Assembly: GCA_028707815.1 (NCBI GenBank)
Contig: JAQWAE010000012.1
Location: forward strand, 2,047 to 66,046
Reading direction: 5' to 3'
Source of the DNA: Bacteroidales bacterium
GTDB lineage: Bacteria; Bacteroidota; Bacteroidia; Bacteroidales; BM520
DNA length: 64,000 nucleotides
Below the pieces are notes generated by a model. The model saw nothing but the letters and a program-made list of their open reading frames with translations. It did no database searches and had not been told where the DNA came from. The translations under genes and the position numbers were made by a program. Positions 10,112 through 20,694 of this stretch are shown here, one piece after another (position 1 is the stretch's first letter; each line of letters opens with the position of its first letter).

Positions 10112-11092
10112 TTAAAAGAACAGGCTTATAATTTCCTCGTCGGTAAAGCCCATAAAGAAAGTAGCAACATCTACAGATTCCACAATTTGTTTCACTATAT
10201 TGTAATTATGTTCCCTTCCGATAAACAAGCTCTCGAAATTCTCTACGGGAGAGCATCCGAAAAAATCTCCATAAAAGCATAAAGACTTGATAATTCCGGC
10301 TTCTACTTTAAAATAAGCATCTATCTTGCCGGCTTTTGTCTTCAGCGATTTTGTCTGATTATACTCAGGAGAAGCTCCGAAATTCCATTCCCAAGTATCA
10401 TATTTATTTTTCACTAATGCATCAATGTAAGCTATATCTTTATCTGAAAGATTAAATACTTCAGCTGAGTCAAAGCTTTCTCTAACCTTATTAACAATCA
10501 TTTGTCTAAAATCTTCAATAGAATAAGCGTTACCAATATATTCACAAATATTGGCAACTCTGCTGCGTACGGATTTCACTGCTTTATCAATAAATTTATC
10601 TTTATCCGGTTTCAAAGACTTAGACAGAGCAGTCAGGTCAACATTATACAAAATAGTTCCATGGTGACAAATTCTATCTTTATAAATATGTGAAGCGTTA
10701 CCGCTAAATTTTTTTCCATCAATAACCAAGTCATTACGTCCATAAAAATCCGCCTTAACGCCAATATTATTAAGTACAGTTAATATTGGCTCGGTAAATT
10801 TACGAAAGTCTATAATATTTTTCCCTTTGGTATTTGTGATAAAAGAGAAATTGAGGTTTCCTCTATCGTGGAAGACGGCACCGCCGCCGGAAAGTCGGCG
10901 GACCACGTATATGTTATTATCAGTAACATATTTTAGATCTATTTCGGCGAGAGTATTTTGGTGTTTGCCGATAATTATAGAAGGGTCATTAATATAAAAG
11001 AGTAAAATGTCGTCTTTAAAATTTTTTATAAGATGCTCTTCAGTAGCAATATTAAAAGGCGTGAAATAAGTTTGTGAATTAATAATCAGCAT
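10112..11092 (-). CDS. lplA: Lipoate-protein ligase A
   Basis: VRRLSGGGAVFHD, GRND, KFSGNA, HHGT, KSVRSRV, WEWNFG; ATG at 11092 preferred. Confidence 0.92.
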   Translation of the reverse strand: MLIINSQTYFTPFNIATEEHLIKNFKDDILLFYINDPSIIIGKHQNTLAEIDLKYVTDNNIYVVRRLSGGGAVFHDRGNLNFSFITNTKGKNIIDFRKFTEPILTVLNNIGVKADFYGRNDLVIDGKKFSGNASHIYKDRICHHGTILYNVDLTALSKSLKPDKDKFIDKAVKSVRSRVANICEYIGNAYSIEDFRQMIVNKVRESFDSAEVFNLSDKDIAYIDALVKNKYDTWEWNFGASPEYNQTKSLKTKAGKIDAYFKVEAGIIKSLCFYGDFFGCSPVENFESLFIGREHNYNIVKQIVESVDVATFFMGFTDEEIISLFF

Positions 11093-11103
11093 ATTAGCAA
11101 TAA

Positions 11104-12015
11104 TTAGCAATCTATCACGAGACCATCTTCGGCAACTATTGTATTAGGAAATACTTCTTGAGCTTCAATGAGTAAATCAGCAGAATTAGAATATCGTTTA
11201 GAGAAATGTCCTATAATAAGTTGCTTGGCATTTGCCATTTTTGCTATGATAGCGGCTTCTTTAGCAGTAGAATGCAATCTTTCTTCGGCTAAATGTTGAA
11301 AAGCAGATGTATAAGTAGCTTCGTGGTATATAAGGTCTGTATTTTGGAAAACAGGCACTATTTCAGGACAAAAGCGTGTATCGGAACAATAAGCGTATGA
11401 TTTGGCAATGCTTTTATTGTATGTAACATCTTCATTTTTAAAAATCTCGCCATTTTCATCAACATAATCTTTTCCTGCTTTCAATTTTTGTATTTCTTCA
11501 ATTGACAGATTATGTTCAATAATAAAATTTTTTTTAATATTAGGTTGTTTATATTTTTCTTTGAAAAAGAAGCCTGTTGTTGGCAAACTGTGTAGAAGTG
11601 GGAAAGAGGTTACGCTATATTTATCGCAATCATATACAACATTGACCTCCAATGGGTTAGTCTCGATGAAGATAAGCTCATAATTAAGTTTAGTCAGAGA
11701 CAGTTCTAATTGGAGGTCAATAATTTGTTTAAGTCCGTTAGGGCAAAACACCGTCAATGGTATTTTACGTCCTAAAAGATGGAAAGAAGATATCAGCCCC
11801 ACCAAGCCGAAGAAGTGGTCGCCATGGAGGTGGCTGATATATATTTGATTTATAGAATTAAACCTTACGCCGAAGTTTTTAAGTCTAATCTGGCAACCTT
11901 CGCCGCAGTCTATAAGGACGCCGCATCCGTTGATGCTCAGAAACTGTGACGTTGTCCAACGATTTACCGATGGTATTGCGGAATTAGACCCGAGTAAAGT
12001 TAATTTTAGAGACAT
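11104..12015 (-). CDS. rnz: Ribonuclease Z
   Basis: DCGEG, SHLHGDH, SDT, HEAT, HST, GHFSKRY motifs. Confidence 0.95.
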   Translation of the reverse strand: MSLKLTLLGSNSAIPSVNRWTTSQFLSINGCGVLIDCGEGCQIRLKNFGVRFNSINQIYISHLHGDHFFGLVGLISSFHLLGRKIPLTVFCPNGLKQIIDLQLELSLTKLNYELIFIETNPLEVNVVYDCDKYSVTSFPLLHSLPTTGFFFKEKYKQPNIKKNFIIEHNLSIEEIQKLKAGKDYVDENGEIFKNEDVTYNKSIAKSYAYCSDTRFCPEIVPVFQNTDLIYHEATYTSAFQHLAEERLHSTAKEAAIIAKMANAKQLIIGHFSKRYSNSADLLIEAQEVFPNTIVAEDGLVIDC

Positions 12016-13895
12016 TACTCTGCGTTTTCCATTTTGTTTTTAAGGTTAGCAAGCTCTTCGATGTCGCCTAAAGTAGTGATTTCGTTGCTATCGTTTAATT
12101 CTTGAATTGGAGATTTAGCTTTATTAGCTTTATTGAGTTCATACTCTTTAGCTTTTTCGGCTGCGGCTACATCTTGGAATATTTTAGAGTGAGAAACCAC
12201 GATACGTTTATTAGTTTTATTAAACTCTATAACTTTGAAATCGAGGGTTTCACCGACAGCAGCTGTGGTACCATCTTCTTTAAGAGCGTGACGAGTTGGG
12301 CAGAAGCCTTCAACATCATCAGGAAGATTTACGATAAAGCCTTTATCGGTAGCACTTGTGATTGTACCTGTATGGATAGAGCTTTCAGTAAACACATTAG
12401 CATAAGCTTCCCATGGATTTTCTTCTATTTGTTTATGACCAAGACTAAAACGGCGATTTTCGGTATCAATGTCAAGGACGACAACTTCGAGAGGTTCACC
12501 AACTTTAGTAAACTCTGCTGGGTGTTTAATTTTCTTATTCCATGATAAATCCGAGATATGGATTAAACCATCTACGCCTTCTTCCAATTCTACGAATATT
12601 CCGAAAGTAGTAAAGTTTCTAACTATAGCAGTATGTTTTGAGCCGATAGGATATTTTTCAGCGATGCTTGCCCATGGATCCGGAATAAGTTGTTTAATAC
12701 CGAGAGACATTTTGCGAGCTTCTTTGTCAAGTGTTAAAATTACAGCCTCTACTTCGTCTCCGACTTTCAAGAAATCCTGAGCTGTACGCAAATGTTGAGA
12801 CCAACTCATTTCAGAAACGTGGATAAGACCTTCAACGCCAGGAGCTATTTCTATAAATGCACCATAATCAGCAAGAACAACAACTTTACCTTTAACTTTA
12901 TCACCAACTTTCAAATTTGGATCTAAAGAATCCCAAGGATGTGGGGTTAACTGTTTAAGACCTAATGCGATACGTTTTTTGCTATCATCAAAATCAAGAA
13001 TAACGACTTGTATTTTTTCATCTAATTTGACAACTTCATCAGGGTGATTAATTCTTCCCCAGCTGAGGTCGGTAATATGGATAAGACCATCTACGCCGCC
13101 AAGGTCGATAAATACGCCATAAGAAGTAATGTTTTTAACTGTACCTTCAAGCACTTGACCTTTTTCAAGACCGGAAATGATTTCTGCTTTCTGAGCCTCG
13201 AGTTCATCTTCGATAAGAGCTTTGTGAGATACAACAACATTTTTATATTCCTGATTGATTTTTACAACCTTAAACTCCATTGTTTTGTCAACAAAGATGT
13301 CATAATCTCTGATAGGTTTAACATCAATTTGAGAACCCGGTAAAAAGGCTTCTATGCCAAATACGTCTATTATCAAGCCACCTTTGGTACGACATTTAAC
13401 GTAACCTGTGATGATTTCATCTTTTTCAAATGCTTCATTAACTCTATCCCATGATTTGAGTAATCTTGCTTTTTTGTGTGAAAGTATAAGTTGACCTGTT
13501 GAATCTTCTTGACTTTCAACATAAACCTCAACGGCATCACCTATTTTGAGATTAGGGTTATATCTAAACTCTGAAGCAGGAACAATACCATCAGATTTAA
13601 AACCTATATTAATGACAACTTCACGTGAGTTAATACCTACAACTGTACCATTAAGAACTTCATGGTCAGCAATTTGATTTAATGTGTCTGCATAAAGATT
13701 TTCAAGATTCTGACGTTCTGTAGCCGAATAAATATCTTTTGCATTTCCGAGTGTGTTCCAATCTACTTTTACCCTCACAGGCTCTTTTACGATTGGTTTT
13801 TCTGCTTGTGCAGTTTCTTCTACTGTCTTGTTTTCAACAGCTTCTACCGATTGATTTTGTGGTTCAGCAGCAGGATTAATAATATCTTCTGACAT
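12015..13895 (-). CDS. rpsA: 30S ribosomal protein S1
   Basis: Six S1 repeats (AFLPGSQID, DGLIHITDLSW, EGLIHVSEMSW...). Confidence 0.97.
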   Translation of the reverse strand: MSEDIINPAAEPQNQSVEAVENKTVEETAQAEKPIVKEPVRVKVDWNTLGNAKDIYSATERQNLENLYADTLNQIADHEVLNGTVVGINSREVVINIGFKSDGIVPASEFRYNPNLKIGDAVEVYVESQEDSTGQLILSHKKARLLKSWDRVNEAFEKDEIITGYVKCRTKGGLIIDVFGIEAFLPGSQIDVKPIRDYDIFVDKTMEFKVVKINQEYKNVVVSHKALIEDELEAQKAEIISGLEKGQVLEGTVKNITSYGVFIDLGGVDGLIHITDLSWGRINHPDEVVKLDEKIQVVILDFDDSKKRIALGLKQLTPHPWDSLDPNLKVGDKVKGKVVVLADYGAFIEIAPGVEGLIHVSEMSWSQHLRTAQDFLKVGDEVEAVILTLDKEARKMSLGIKQLIPDPWASIAEKYPIGSKHTAIVRNFTTFGIFVELEEGVDGLIHISDLSWNKKIKHPAEFTKVGEPLEVVVLDIDTENRRFSLGHKQIEENPWEAYANVFTESSIHTGTITSATDKGFIVNLPDDVEGFCPTRHALKEDGTTAAVGETLDFKVIEFNKTNKRIVVSHSKIFQDVAAAEKAKEYELNKANKAKSPIQELNDSNEITTLGDIEELANLKNKMENAE

Positions 13896-14006
13896 AAATA
13901 AAATTTATTGATTGATTGGCACAATCAGGTTAAACATTTAACTTTTTGATTATCAATATTCTGCATCAAAGCAACGCCAATAATTACACTAATGCAAAAT
14001 AGTTTG

Positions 14007-14014
14007 CAAAGGTA
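14007..14014 (-). promoter_or_regulatory. -7 promoter element for rpsA-rnz-lplA
   Basis: TACCTTTG(CA) on the minus strand, about 110 bp upstream of rpsA. Confidence 0.65.
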
Positions 14015-14071
14015 AGTATTTTTCTTGATACATATAAATTTTTATGACAAATATTTTTCGACTGCAAAGCT

Positions 14072-15085
14072 TTATTTGCACATACGCTCGATAAGGTCGA
14101 CAACTCTCGTTGAATATCCCCATTCGTTATCATACCATAAAACAACTTTAACATGACAAGCATCTTTCATCACCATTGTAAGGCTTGCATCAAAAATTGA
14201 AGAATGGGAATTATGAATAATATCGCAAGAGACTATCGGGTCTTCAGTATATTCAACTATTCCTTTCATATCTCCATCTGCGGCAGCTTTAACAGCCGCA
14301 TTAATAGAAGCTATCGTAGCCGGCTTTGACAATTGGACATCAAAATCAAGTATTGACCCTGTTGGTACTGGAACACGCATCGCAACTCCATCCATTTTTC
14401 CTTCTAAAGCAGGAAGCACTTTACCAACAGCCTTAGCCGCTCCTGTGGTAGTCGGAATGATAGAAAGTGCCGCAGCCCGCGATCTTCTTAAATCATTATG
14501 CGGACCATCAAGTATTCTTTGATCAAGAGTATAAGCATGAACCGTTGTCATAAGTCCCAATTCTATTCCAAAAACATCATTCAACACTTTAGCTATGGGC
14601 GCAATACAATTAGTAGTGCATGAAGCATTGGAAACATATATATCTGTAGGTTTCAGCTCATTATCGTTAACACCGGCAACAATCATTTTTGCCAAATTAT
14701 CTTTTGAAGGAACTGTGAGTAAAACTTTTTTTGCCCCCGCTTTGATGTGGTCGCCATAACCACCTTTGGGTGAACTTATCTTGGAAAAAACTCCGGTTGC
14801 CTCTACTACAACATCCGGACTTTCTGCCCATTTGATATTTAAAGGCTCATCCTCATGCGTGACTCGTATCTTGTTACCATTAATAATAAGCGCATTATCT
14901 ACATAAGATACCTCGCCGTTAAATGCTCCCTGTGTAGAATCATATTTTAAAAGATGAGCATAAATTCTATTATCAGAGCGAGCATTAATACCAATAACAT
15001 CAATATTGTCTCTCTTAAGAGCTATCTTTAAGACATTCCTACCAATGCGTCCAAAACCGTTAATTGCAACTTTAATTTTTCTCAT
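14072..15085 (-). CDS. gap: Type I glyceraldehyde-3-phosphate dehydrogenase
   Basis: INGFGRIGR, SNASCTTNC, TVHAYT, PTTTGAAKA, WYDNEWGYS. Confidence 0.96.
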   Translation of the reverse strand: MRKIKVAINGFGRIGRNVLKIALKRDNIDVIGINARSDNRIYAHLLKYDSTQGAFNGEVSYVDNALIINGNKIRVTHEDEPLNIKWAESPDVVVEATGVFSKISSPKGGYGDHIKAGAKKVLLTVPSKDNLAKMIVAGVNDNELKPTDIYVSNASCTTNCIAPIAKVLNDVFGIELGLMTTVHAYTLDQRILDGPHNDLRRSRAAALSIIPTTTGAAKAVGKVLPALEGKMDGVAMRVPVPTGSILDFDVQLSKPATIASINAAVKAAADGDMKGIVEYTEDPIVSCDIIHNSHSSIFDASLTMVMKDACHVKVVLWYDNEWGYSTRVVDLIERMCK

Positions 15086-15186
15086 AGTAAATTTTATAAA
15101 TAATTAATAAAACAATATAATTATCTGACAACGTCAAATAATCAAACTTTAAAATAAAAAATTAGGCTGAATAAATAATGCCAATA

Positions 15187-15303
15187 TTACAGTCCAAAAA
15201 TCCAAATCCTATGGAAAGAATCTATCCTTTTGGACATAGCTATATCGTGCAATGTAAATGCACAACTAAAAGTAACAGCTATAATAATCAAAAATATATT
15301 CAT
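15187..15303 (-). CDS. Putative 38-aa small ORF in the gap leader
   Basis: MNIFLIIIAVTFSCAFTLHDIAMSKRIDSFHRIWIFGL*, starting just downstream of a -7 element; below the ORF-track cutoff. Confidence 0.25.
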   Translation of the reverse strand: MNIFLIIIAVTFSCAFTLHDIAMSKRIDSFHRIWIFGL

Positions 15304-15330
15304 ATTGATTACACAAGTAATATTGTGCGG

Positions 15331-15338
15331 CAAAGGTA
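15331..15338 (-). promoter_or_regulatory. -7 promoter element upstream of gap
   Basis: TACCTTTG(CC) on the minus strand. Confidence 0.55.
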
Positions 15339-15434
15339 GCAATTATATTTTGAATTATATCAAAGAATTAAAATTAAATAAATTTCACATATTCAACTTT
15401 TAAAGTTCTTATATTCAAATTGGAATTTTTCGTG

Positions 15435-15442
15435 TAACTTTG
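15435..15442 (+). promoter_or_regulatory. -7 promoter element for the flavoprotein-msrA-chr operon
   Basis: TAACTTTG(CA). Confidence 0.6.
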
Positions 15443-15482
15443 CATTTTGTTTTCAATTTATATTTTTAAATAATCAAAAGCG

Positions 15483-16112
15483 ATGAAAGTATTATTGGTT
15501 AACGGTAGTCCGCATCAGCATGGCTGCACTTTTACGGCACTCGAAGAGATAGCGAAGACTTTGTCAAAAGAAGGTATTGAAAGCGATTTTTTCTGGATAG
15601 GCAACAAGCCGATAGCCGGCTGTACTGCTTGTGGAAGTTGCTTAGCTACAGGTAAATGCGTTATCAGTGACGACATAGTGGAGGAGTTCGTCAATAAGAG
15701 TAAAGATTATTCCGGCTTTGTATTTGGTTCGCCGGTACATTTTGCCTCTGCAACAGGAGCTATGACAACTTTTATGGACAGAGCATTATTCAGCGTAAAG
15801 AAAGATAAACCTTTTGCCGGTAAACCTGCCGCTACTGTTGTAAGTTGTCGGCGTGCCGGCAGCACAGCCACACTCGACCAGCTGAACAAATACATAGTCT
15901 ATAGTGGTATGCCGATGGTTCCGTCTCAATATTGGAACATGGTTCATGGCAGCAAACCCGAAGAAGTCCGTCAAGACCTTGAAGGAATGCAGACGATGCG
16001 CACTCTCGCCCTCAACATGGCTTGGATGCTGAAATGTTTTGAAGCGGGCAAAAAAGCAGGCATAGCTTTGCCTAAGTATGAATCTCCGGTACGCACAAAT
16101 TTTATAAGATAA
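15483..16112 (+). CDS. Iron-sulfur flavoprotein / NADPH-dependent FMN reductase (flavodoxin family)
   Basis: NGSP, CTACGSCLATGKC (CX2CX2CX5C), GSPVHF, YWNMVHG. Confidence 0.85.
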   Translation: MKVLLVNGSPHQHGCTFTALEEIAKTLSKEGIESDFFWIGNKPIAGCTACGSCLATGKCVISDDIVEEFVNKSKDYSGFVFGSPVHFASATGAMTTFMDRALFSVKKDKPFAGKPAATVVSCRRAGSTATLDQLNKYIVYSGMPMVPSQYWNMVHGSKPEEVRQDLEGMQTMRTLALNMAWMLKCFEAGKKAGIALPKYESPVRTNFIR

Positions 16113-16117
16113 AAATC

Positions 16118-16630
16118 ATGGAAACACATCAGATATATCTCGCAGGAGGTTGCTTTTGGGGTACGGAACATTTTCTTCAACAACTTACAGGTATTACGGA
16201 AACAAAAGTCGGATTCGCTAACGGCAAAACCGAAAATCCTTCATACCAACAAGTTTGCAAAGCAAACACCGGACATGCCGAAACTGTAAAAGTAACTTAC
16301 GACCCATCAGCAATTTCATTATCTGAAATCTTAAATCTATTTTTTATGACAATAGACCCGACAAGTGTCAATCGTCAGGGTGGCGACACGGGTACGCAAT
16401 ATAGAACCGGCATTTATTATACCGATAAAGAAGATTTGCCGATTATAAACGCCGTAATTGCTTCGTTATCAAAGCAATATAGCTTACCTGTGGTTGTTGA
16501 GGTTAAACCTTTGGATAATTTCTATTTAGCCGAAGATTATCATCAGGATTATCTATATAAGAATCCTGCCGGCTATTGTCATATAAACCCGAAGTTATTC
16601 GAAATTGCACGTAATTATAAAAAGGAATAA
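16118..16630 (+). CDS. msrA: Peptide-methionine (S)-S-oxide reductase
   Basis: AGGCFWG, TGHAE, QYRTGIY, AEDYHQDY, GYCH. Confidence 0.95.
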   Translation: METHQIYLAGGCFWGTEHFLQQLTGITETKVGFANGKTENPSYQQVCKANTGHAETVKVTYDPSAISLSEILNLFFMTIDPTSVNRQGGDTGTQYRTGIYYTDKEDLPIINAVIASLSKQYSLPVVVEVKPLDNFYLAEDYHQDYLYKNPAGYCHINPKLFEIARNYKKE

Positions 16631-16634
16631 AATT

Positions 16635-17159
16635 ATGTTGTGGCAGCTGTTTTGGACATTTTTTAAGATTGGCGCATTTACTTTTGGCAGCGGCTACGCC
16701 ATGATACCCTTAATTGAGCAAGAAGTTGTTGATAAGAAAAAATGGTTTGACAAAGAGAGTTTCTTCGACCAGTTCAGTTTAGCTCAGTCGGCGCCGGGAC
16801 CATTTGCTGTCAACACCGCCGTTTTTGTCGGCTACAAAATGCGAGGAAAACTCGGTGCTTTCGTCTCAGTTCTCGGCATTATCATTCCATCTTTTGTTAT
16901 TATATTGCTCATAGCCATGTACTTATCGGACTTTAGCGAAAACGTCACTGTGATTTCTGCGTTTAAAGGCATAAGACCGGCAGTAGTTGCTTTGATAGCT
17001 GTTCCGTGTGTAAGATATTTTATCGAATTAAAAAAATGGCAAATGCCGATAGCAATAGCGGCAGCCATAGCAATTTGGTTATTAGGCGTTTCGCCGGTAT
17101 ACTTTATTTTTGGTGGTAGTATAATAGGTATAGTCACAACATATTTTAAAAAGCCATGA
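16635..17159 (+). CDS. chrA: Short-chain chromate transporter, subunit 1
   Basis: FFKIGAFTFGSGYAM, AQSAPGP; ATG 16635 preferred over the ORF-track start. Confidence 0.88.
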   Translation: MLWQLFWTFFKIGAFTFGSGYAMIPLIEQEVVDKKKWFDKESFFDQFSLAQSAPGPFAVNTAVFVGYKMRGKLGAFVSVLGIIIPSFVIILLIAMYLSDFSENVTVISAFKGIRPAVVALIAVPCVRYFIELKKWQMPIAIAAAIAIWLLGVSPVYFIFGGSIIGIVTTYFKKP

Positions 17160-17677
17160 TTTACTTACATCTATTTCTTTCTTATCTTAAGATAGGATTT
17201 TTCGGATTTGGTGGTGGCTATGCCATGATATCGTTGATACAGAACGAGATAGTTGTTCAGCAGGGCTGGCTTTCCAATACTCAGCTGTCGGATATTATCG
17301 CCGTTTCTCAAATGACGCCGGGACCGATAGCTATCAATTGTGCAACTTATGTGGGTTATTTAGTCACCGGCAATATCTGGGGCTCATTGTTGGCTACGAC
17401 AGCAGTTTGCATTCCGCCGCTAAGCATAATGTTGCTTATATCAATGTTTTACAAAAAGTTGAAAAGCAACCGCTATATGCAGGGAGTCTTAGATTGGATA
17501 AAGCCGATGATGGTTGGCATGATAGGAGCAGCCGCCTTATTGTATATGAATAAAGAAACCTTCATCGATTGGAGCAGCATCTTGATTTTTGCCGGATGCT
17601 TCTTTGCTTCATGGAAAAAGATAAACCCTATCATATTGATAGCGATAGCGGCAGTGGTTGGGCTGTTGATATATTAA
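17156..17677 (+). CDS. chrA: Short-chain chromate transporter, subunit 2
   Basis: KIGFFGFGGGYAM, SQMTPGPIAINCATYVG; ATGA overlap with subunit 1. Confidence 0.88.
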   Translation: MIYLHLFLSYLKIGFFGFGGGYAMISLIQNEIVVQQGWLSNTQLSDIIAVSQMTPGPIAINCATYVGYLVTGNIWGSLLATTAVCIPPLSIMLLISMFYKKLKSNRYMQGVLDWIKPMMVGMIGAAALLYMNKETFIDWSSILIFAGCFFASWKKINPIILIAIAAVVGLLIY

Positions 17678-17727
17678 AAAAACGTTAAACGATTACACGT
17701 TAAACATTAAACGAATCTCTTCTCTCT

Positions 17728-19206
17728 TTAATCTCTGACAACCTCTCCTTTTATTATCTTCAGCAGTTCATCGGCGGCGACAGAAGCATCAAAGTTGCCG
17801 GTCACCTGTTTCCCATGAGCATAAATTACGACCTTATTTTTTCCTGCGCCGACTACGCCATAATCTGCGCCGCGCATCTCGCCGGGACCGTTGACAATAC
17901 AGCCCATCACTGCAATAGTGACATTTTTCAGATGAGATGTTTTTTGCTTTACTTCTTCCAAAACAGAAAACAAATCATAAGCAGTACGACCGCAAGTCGG
18001 ACAACTTATATACTCTGCCTTCGTAAGTCGTACCTTACAAGCCTGTAAAATATCAAAAACCAAGGAAGTTTCAAGATTGGTTTCTATTCCAAAGACATGA
18101 TGTCTTGTAATTACAGTTCCAAATTCCACAGCAGATTGTATGGCTAATTTTTCACTGTTCAGAGATAAGTCATAGAATTTTTTTATTGCAATTTTATCTT
18201 TATGATTAGAATAATAATCATCTAAATAACAGCACATTTCACGTAAATTTTTGTCTGTGAAGTCCACAATATTCACAGCTTCATCTGAAAATTCGGATAT
18301 AGAATTTGTTTTTACAAGCATAGATGAATTATTAGGCAGACAGGTAATATTTTTAGTTACATTATGTTCACAATAACTTTTAAACTTAGCTATTTCTATT
18401 GCAGGAGCTATTTCGTTGACCGGATTTTCGGAAAGAGACACGCGGATAGTGTCGCCGATACCTTTGTTCAACAGACAGCCGATGCCCACCGCTGATTTTA
18501 TCACTGCATCTTGTCCGGCGCCGGCTTCAGTAACTCCGAGATGAATCGGATAATCCATGCCGTTTGTTTGCATCTGTTTGATTAGCAGATGATTAGCCTC
18601 CATCATCACAATAGGATTACTCGATTTTAAAGAAACTACAATATTATGGAAATCCAAATATTCAAAAATAGACAGAAACTCCATAACGGAAGCCACCATA
18701 CCGTCAGCGGTATCGCCGTATTTGTAGATAATTCTATCTGACAGCGAGCCGTGATTGCTGCCTATGCGGATAGCAGTACCATTTTGACGACAGATTTCTA
18801 TCAAAGGTGCAATGTTGATTTTTGCAGCTTCGATGGCATCTTTAGTGTCTTGTTCTGTAAAAATCTGTTTATCAGTTTTTTTATCGATATAATTTCCCGG
18901 ATTGATACGTACTTTATCGACTACGGCGGCAGCTAATTCAGCAACTTTAGGATTAAAATGTACATCAGCGATAAGAGGAACGTGGCAGCCAAGTTTTGCC
19001 AAGTTGTTTTTGATTTTTTCGAGGCAATCTACATCTTTGCTGTTGCGGGCGGTAATTCTCACGAGTTCGCAGCCGGCATCAACGAGTTCAACTACCTGAC
19101 GAACAGTTTTTTCCACATCATCAGTAGGAGTATTAGTCATTGATTGAACTCTTACCGGATTATTGCCGCCGACAAGCAGGTCACCGATTTTTACGACAGT
19201 GCTCAT
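17728..19206 (-). CDS. ispG: (E)-4-hydroxy-3-methylbut-2-enyl-diphosphate synthase
   Basis: VQSMT, ADVHF, RINPGN, RIGSNHGS, HLGVTEAG, GDTIRVSL, CPTCGRT, MGCIVNGPGE. Confidence 0.95.
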   Translation of the reverse strand: MSTVVKIGDLLVGGNNPVRVQSMTNTPTDDVEKTVRQVVELVDAGCELVRITARNSKDVDCLEKIKNNLAKLGCHVPLIADVHFNPKVAELAAAVVDKVRINPGNYIDKKTDKQIFTEQDTKDAIEAAKINIAPLIEICRQNGTAIRIGSNHGSLSDRIIYKYGDTADGMVASVMEFLSIFEYLDFHNIVVSLKSSNPIVMMEANHLLIKQMQTNGMDYPIHLGVTEAGAGQDAVIKSAVGIGCLLNKGIGDTIRVSLSENPVNEIAPAIEIAKFKSYCEHNVTKNITCLPNNSSMLVKTNSISEFSDEAVNIVDFTDKNLREMCCYLDDYYSNHKDKIAIKKFYDLSLNSEKLAIQSAVEFGTVITRHHVFGIETNLETSLVFDILQACKVRLTKAEYISCPTCGRTAYDLFSVLEEVKQKTSHLKNVTIAVMGCIVNGPGEMRGADYGVVGAGKNKVVIYAHGKQVTGNFDASVAADELLKIIKGEVVRD

Positions 19207-19212
19207 GTCAAT

Positions 19213-20679
19213 TTATATTTCCCAAGTAGTACCGTCTTTACCATCTTTTACGACCACGCCGGCATTTTTCAGAGCATCTCTTATTTTGTCGGAAGTTGTC
19301 CAATCTTTATTCTGTCGTGAAACAGTGCGTAAATCAAGGATAAGGTTCATCAACTCTTCTATTACAGTACTATTTTCTCCTGAAGTCTCTTCATCTTTAA
19401 TTCCTAAGATATTAAGGACTATATTTTCCATAATTTTCTTTAGAGCGGCAGCATCTTTTGGAGATATTTTCATCTTACCATCGGCAACTGAATTGATAAA
19501 TCTCACAGCATCAAACAGATGTGCCATCAGGATTGGAGTGTTGAGGTCGTCATTCAGAGCTGCGAAGCAATTATTTTCGAATGCGGCTACATCGAAGTCG
19601 GAGGTATCTGAAGTTTTAAGTCTGTCAATAGTTCTCATTGCGGCGAGCAATCTTTTCAGACCTTTTTCGGAGGCGATAAGGGCTTCGTTAGAGAAGTCGA
19701 GTTCTGAGCGGTAATGAGCTTGCAAGATAAAGAAGCGTATAGTCATAGGTGAGTACGCTTGTTCGAGCAGTGGATGATTTCCGGAGAAGAAAGCATCAAG
19801 GGTAATAAAGTTGCCGAGGGATTTGCCCATTTTTTGCCCATTGATGGTTATCATATTATTGTGCATCCAATATTTCACCGGTGAGATGCCGAAAGCTGCG
19901 ACAGCCTGAGCTATTTCCGACTCGTGATGAGGGAACTTCAGGTCCATGCCGCCGCCGTGAATATCGAAAGGCATTCCAAGATATTTAGCGCCCATAGCGG
20001 AGCATTCGGCATGCCAGCCAGGAAAGCCGACACTCCATGGAGATTGCCAGCGCATAATATGCTCCGGCGAGGCTTTTTTCCACAAAGCAAAATCTGCAGG
20101 GTTTCTCTTCTCCTGCTGACCATCGAGTTCACGCGTGTTAGACAACATATCTTCAAGTTTACGTCCGGAAAGTATGCCATAGTTATGTTCCTGATTATAT
20201 TTAGGTACATCAAAATATACGGAGCCGTTAGATACATAAGCATAACCCGCATCGATAATTTTCTGAACCATATCGATTTGTTCTATGATATGTCCGGAGG
20301 CATGCGGCTCGATAGAAGGTTCTAAAATATTCAGACACATCATGTCGTGATGATAGCTATTAGTGTAATACTGAGCAACTTCCATCGGTTCGAGCTGTTC
20401 TAAACGTGCTTTCTTTGCAATCTTATCTTCGCCGGCATCAGCATCATGTTCAAGATGTCCGACATCGGTAATATTACGCACATAACGAACTTTATATCCA
20501 AGAAATTTAAGATATCTAAAAACTAAATCGAATGTAATAGCAGGACGTGCATGTCCTAAATGAGCATCTCCATATACAGTAGGACCGCAAACATACATGC
20601 CGACATGAGAAGGAGTTAGAGGCTCAAATTTTTCTTTCTTAGCAGAAAGAGAATTGTAAATATAAAGATCTGTATTCAT
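19213..20679 (-). CDS. cysS: Cysteine--tRNA ligase
   Basis: [39 protein letters not shown]. Confidence 0.97.
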   Translation of the reverse strand: MNTDLYIYNSLSAKKEKFEPLTPSHVGMYVCGPTVYGDAHLGHARPAITFDLVFRYLKFLGYKVRYVRNITDVGHLEHDADAGEDKIAKKARLEQLEPMEVAQYYTNSYHHDMMCLNILEPSIEPHASGHIIEQIDMVQKIIDAGYAYVSNGSVYFDVPKYNQEHNYGILSGRKLEDMLSNTRELDGQQEKRNPADFALWKKASPEHIMRWQSPWSVGFPGWHAECSAMGAKYLGMPFDIHGGGMDLKFPHHESEIAQAVAAFGISPVKYWMHNNMITINGQKMGKSLGNFITLDAFFSGNHPLLEQAYSPMTIRFFILQAHYRSELDFSNEALIASEKGLKRLLAAMRTIDRLKTSDTSDFDVAAFENNCFAALNDDLNTPILMAHLFDAVRFINSVADGKMKISPKDAAALKKIMENIVLNILGIKDEETSGENSTVIEELMNLILDLRTVSRQNKDWTTSDKIRDALKNAGVVVKDGKDGTTWEI

Positions 20680-20694
20680 GATTTAATATTTTTG

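Noticed and set aside
17678-17727. Short cgttaaa-like repeats (and gaactct repeats near 29964-29980)
   Set aside because: Only 2-3 imperfect units in convergent spacers; too little to support a function
19163-19714. 183-aa plus-strand ORF
   Set aside because: Antisense shadow of cysS/ispG with no recognisable motifs
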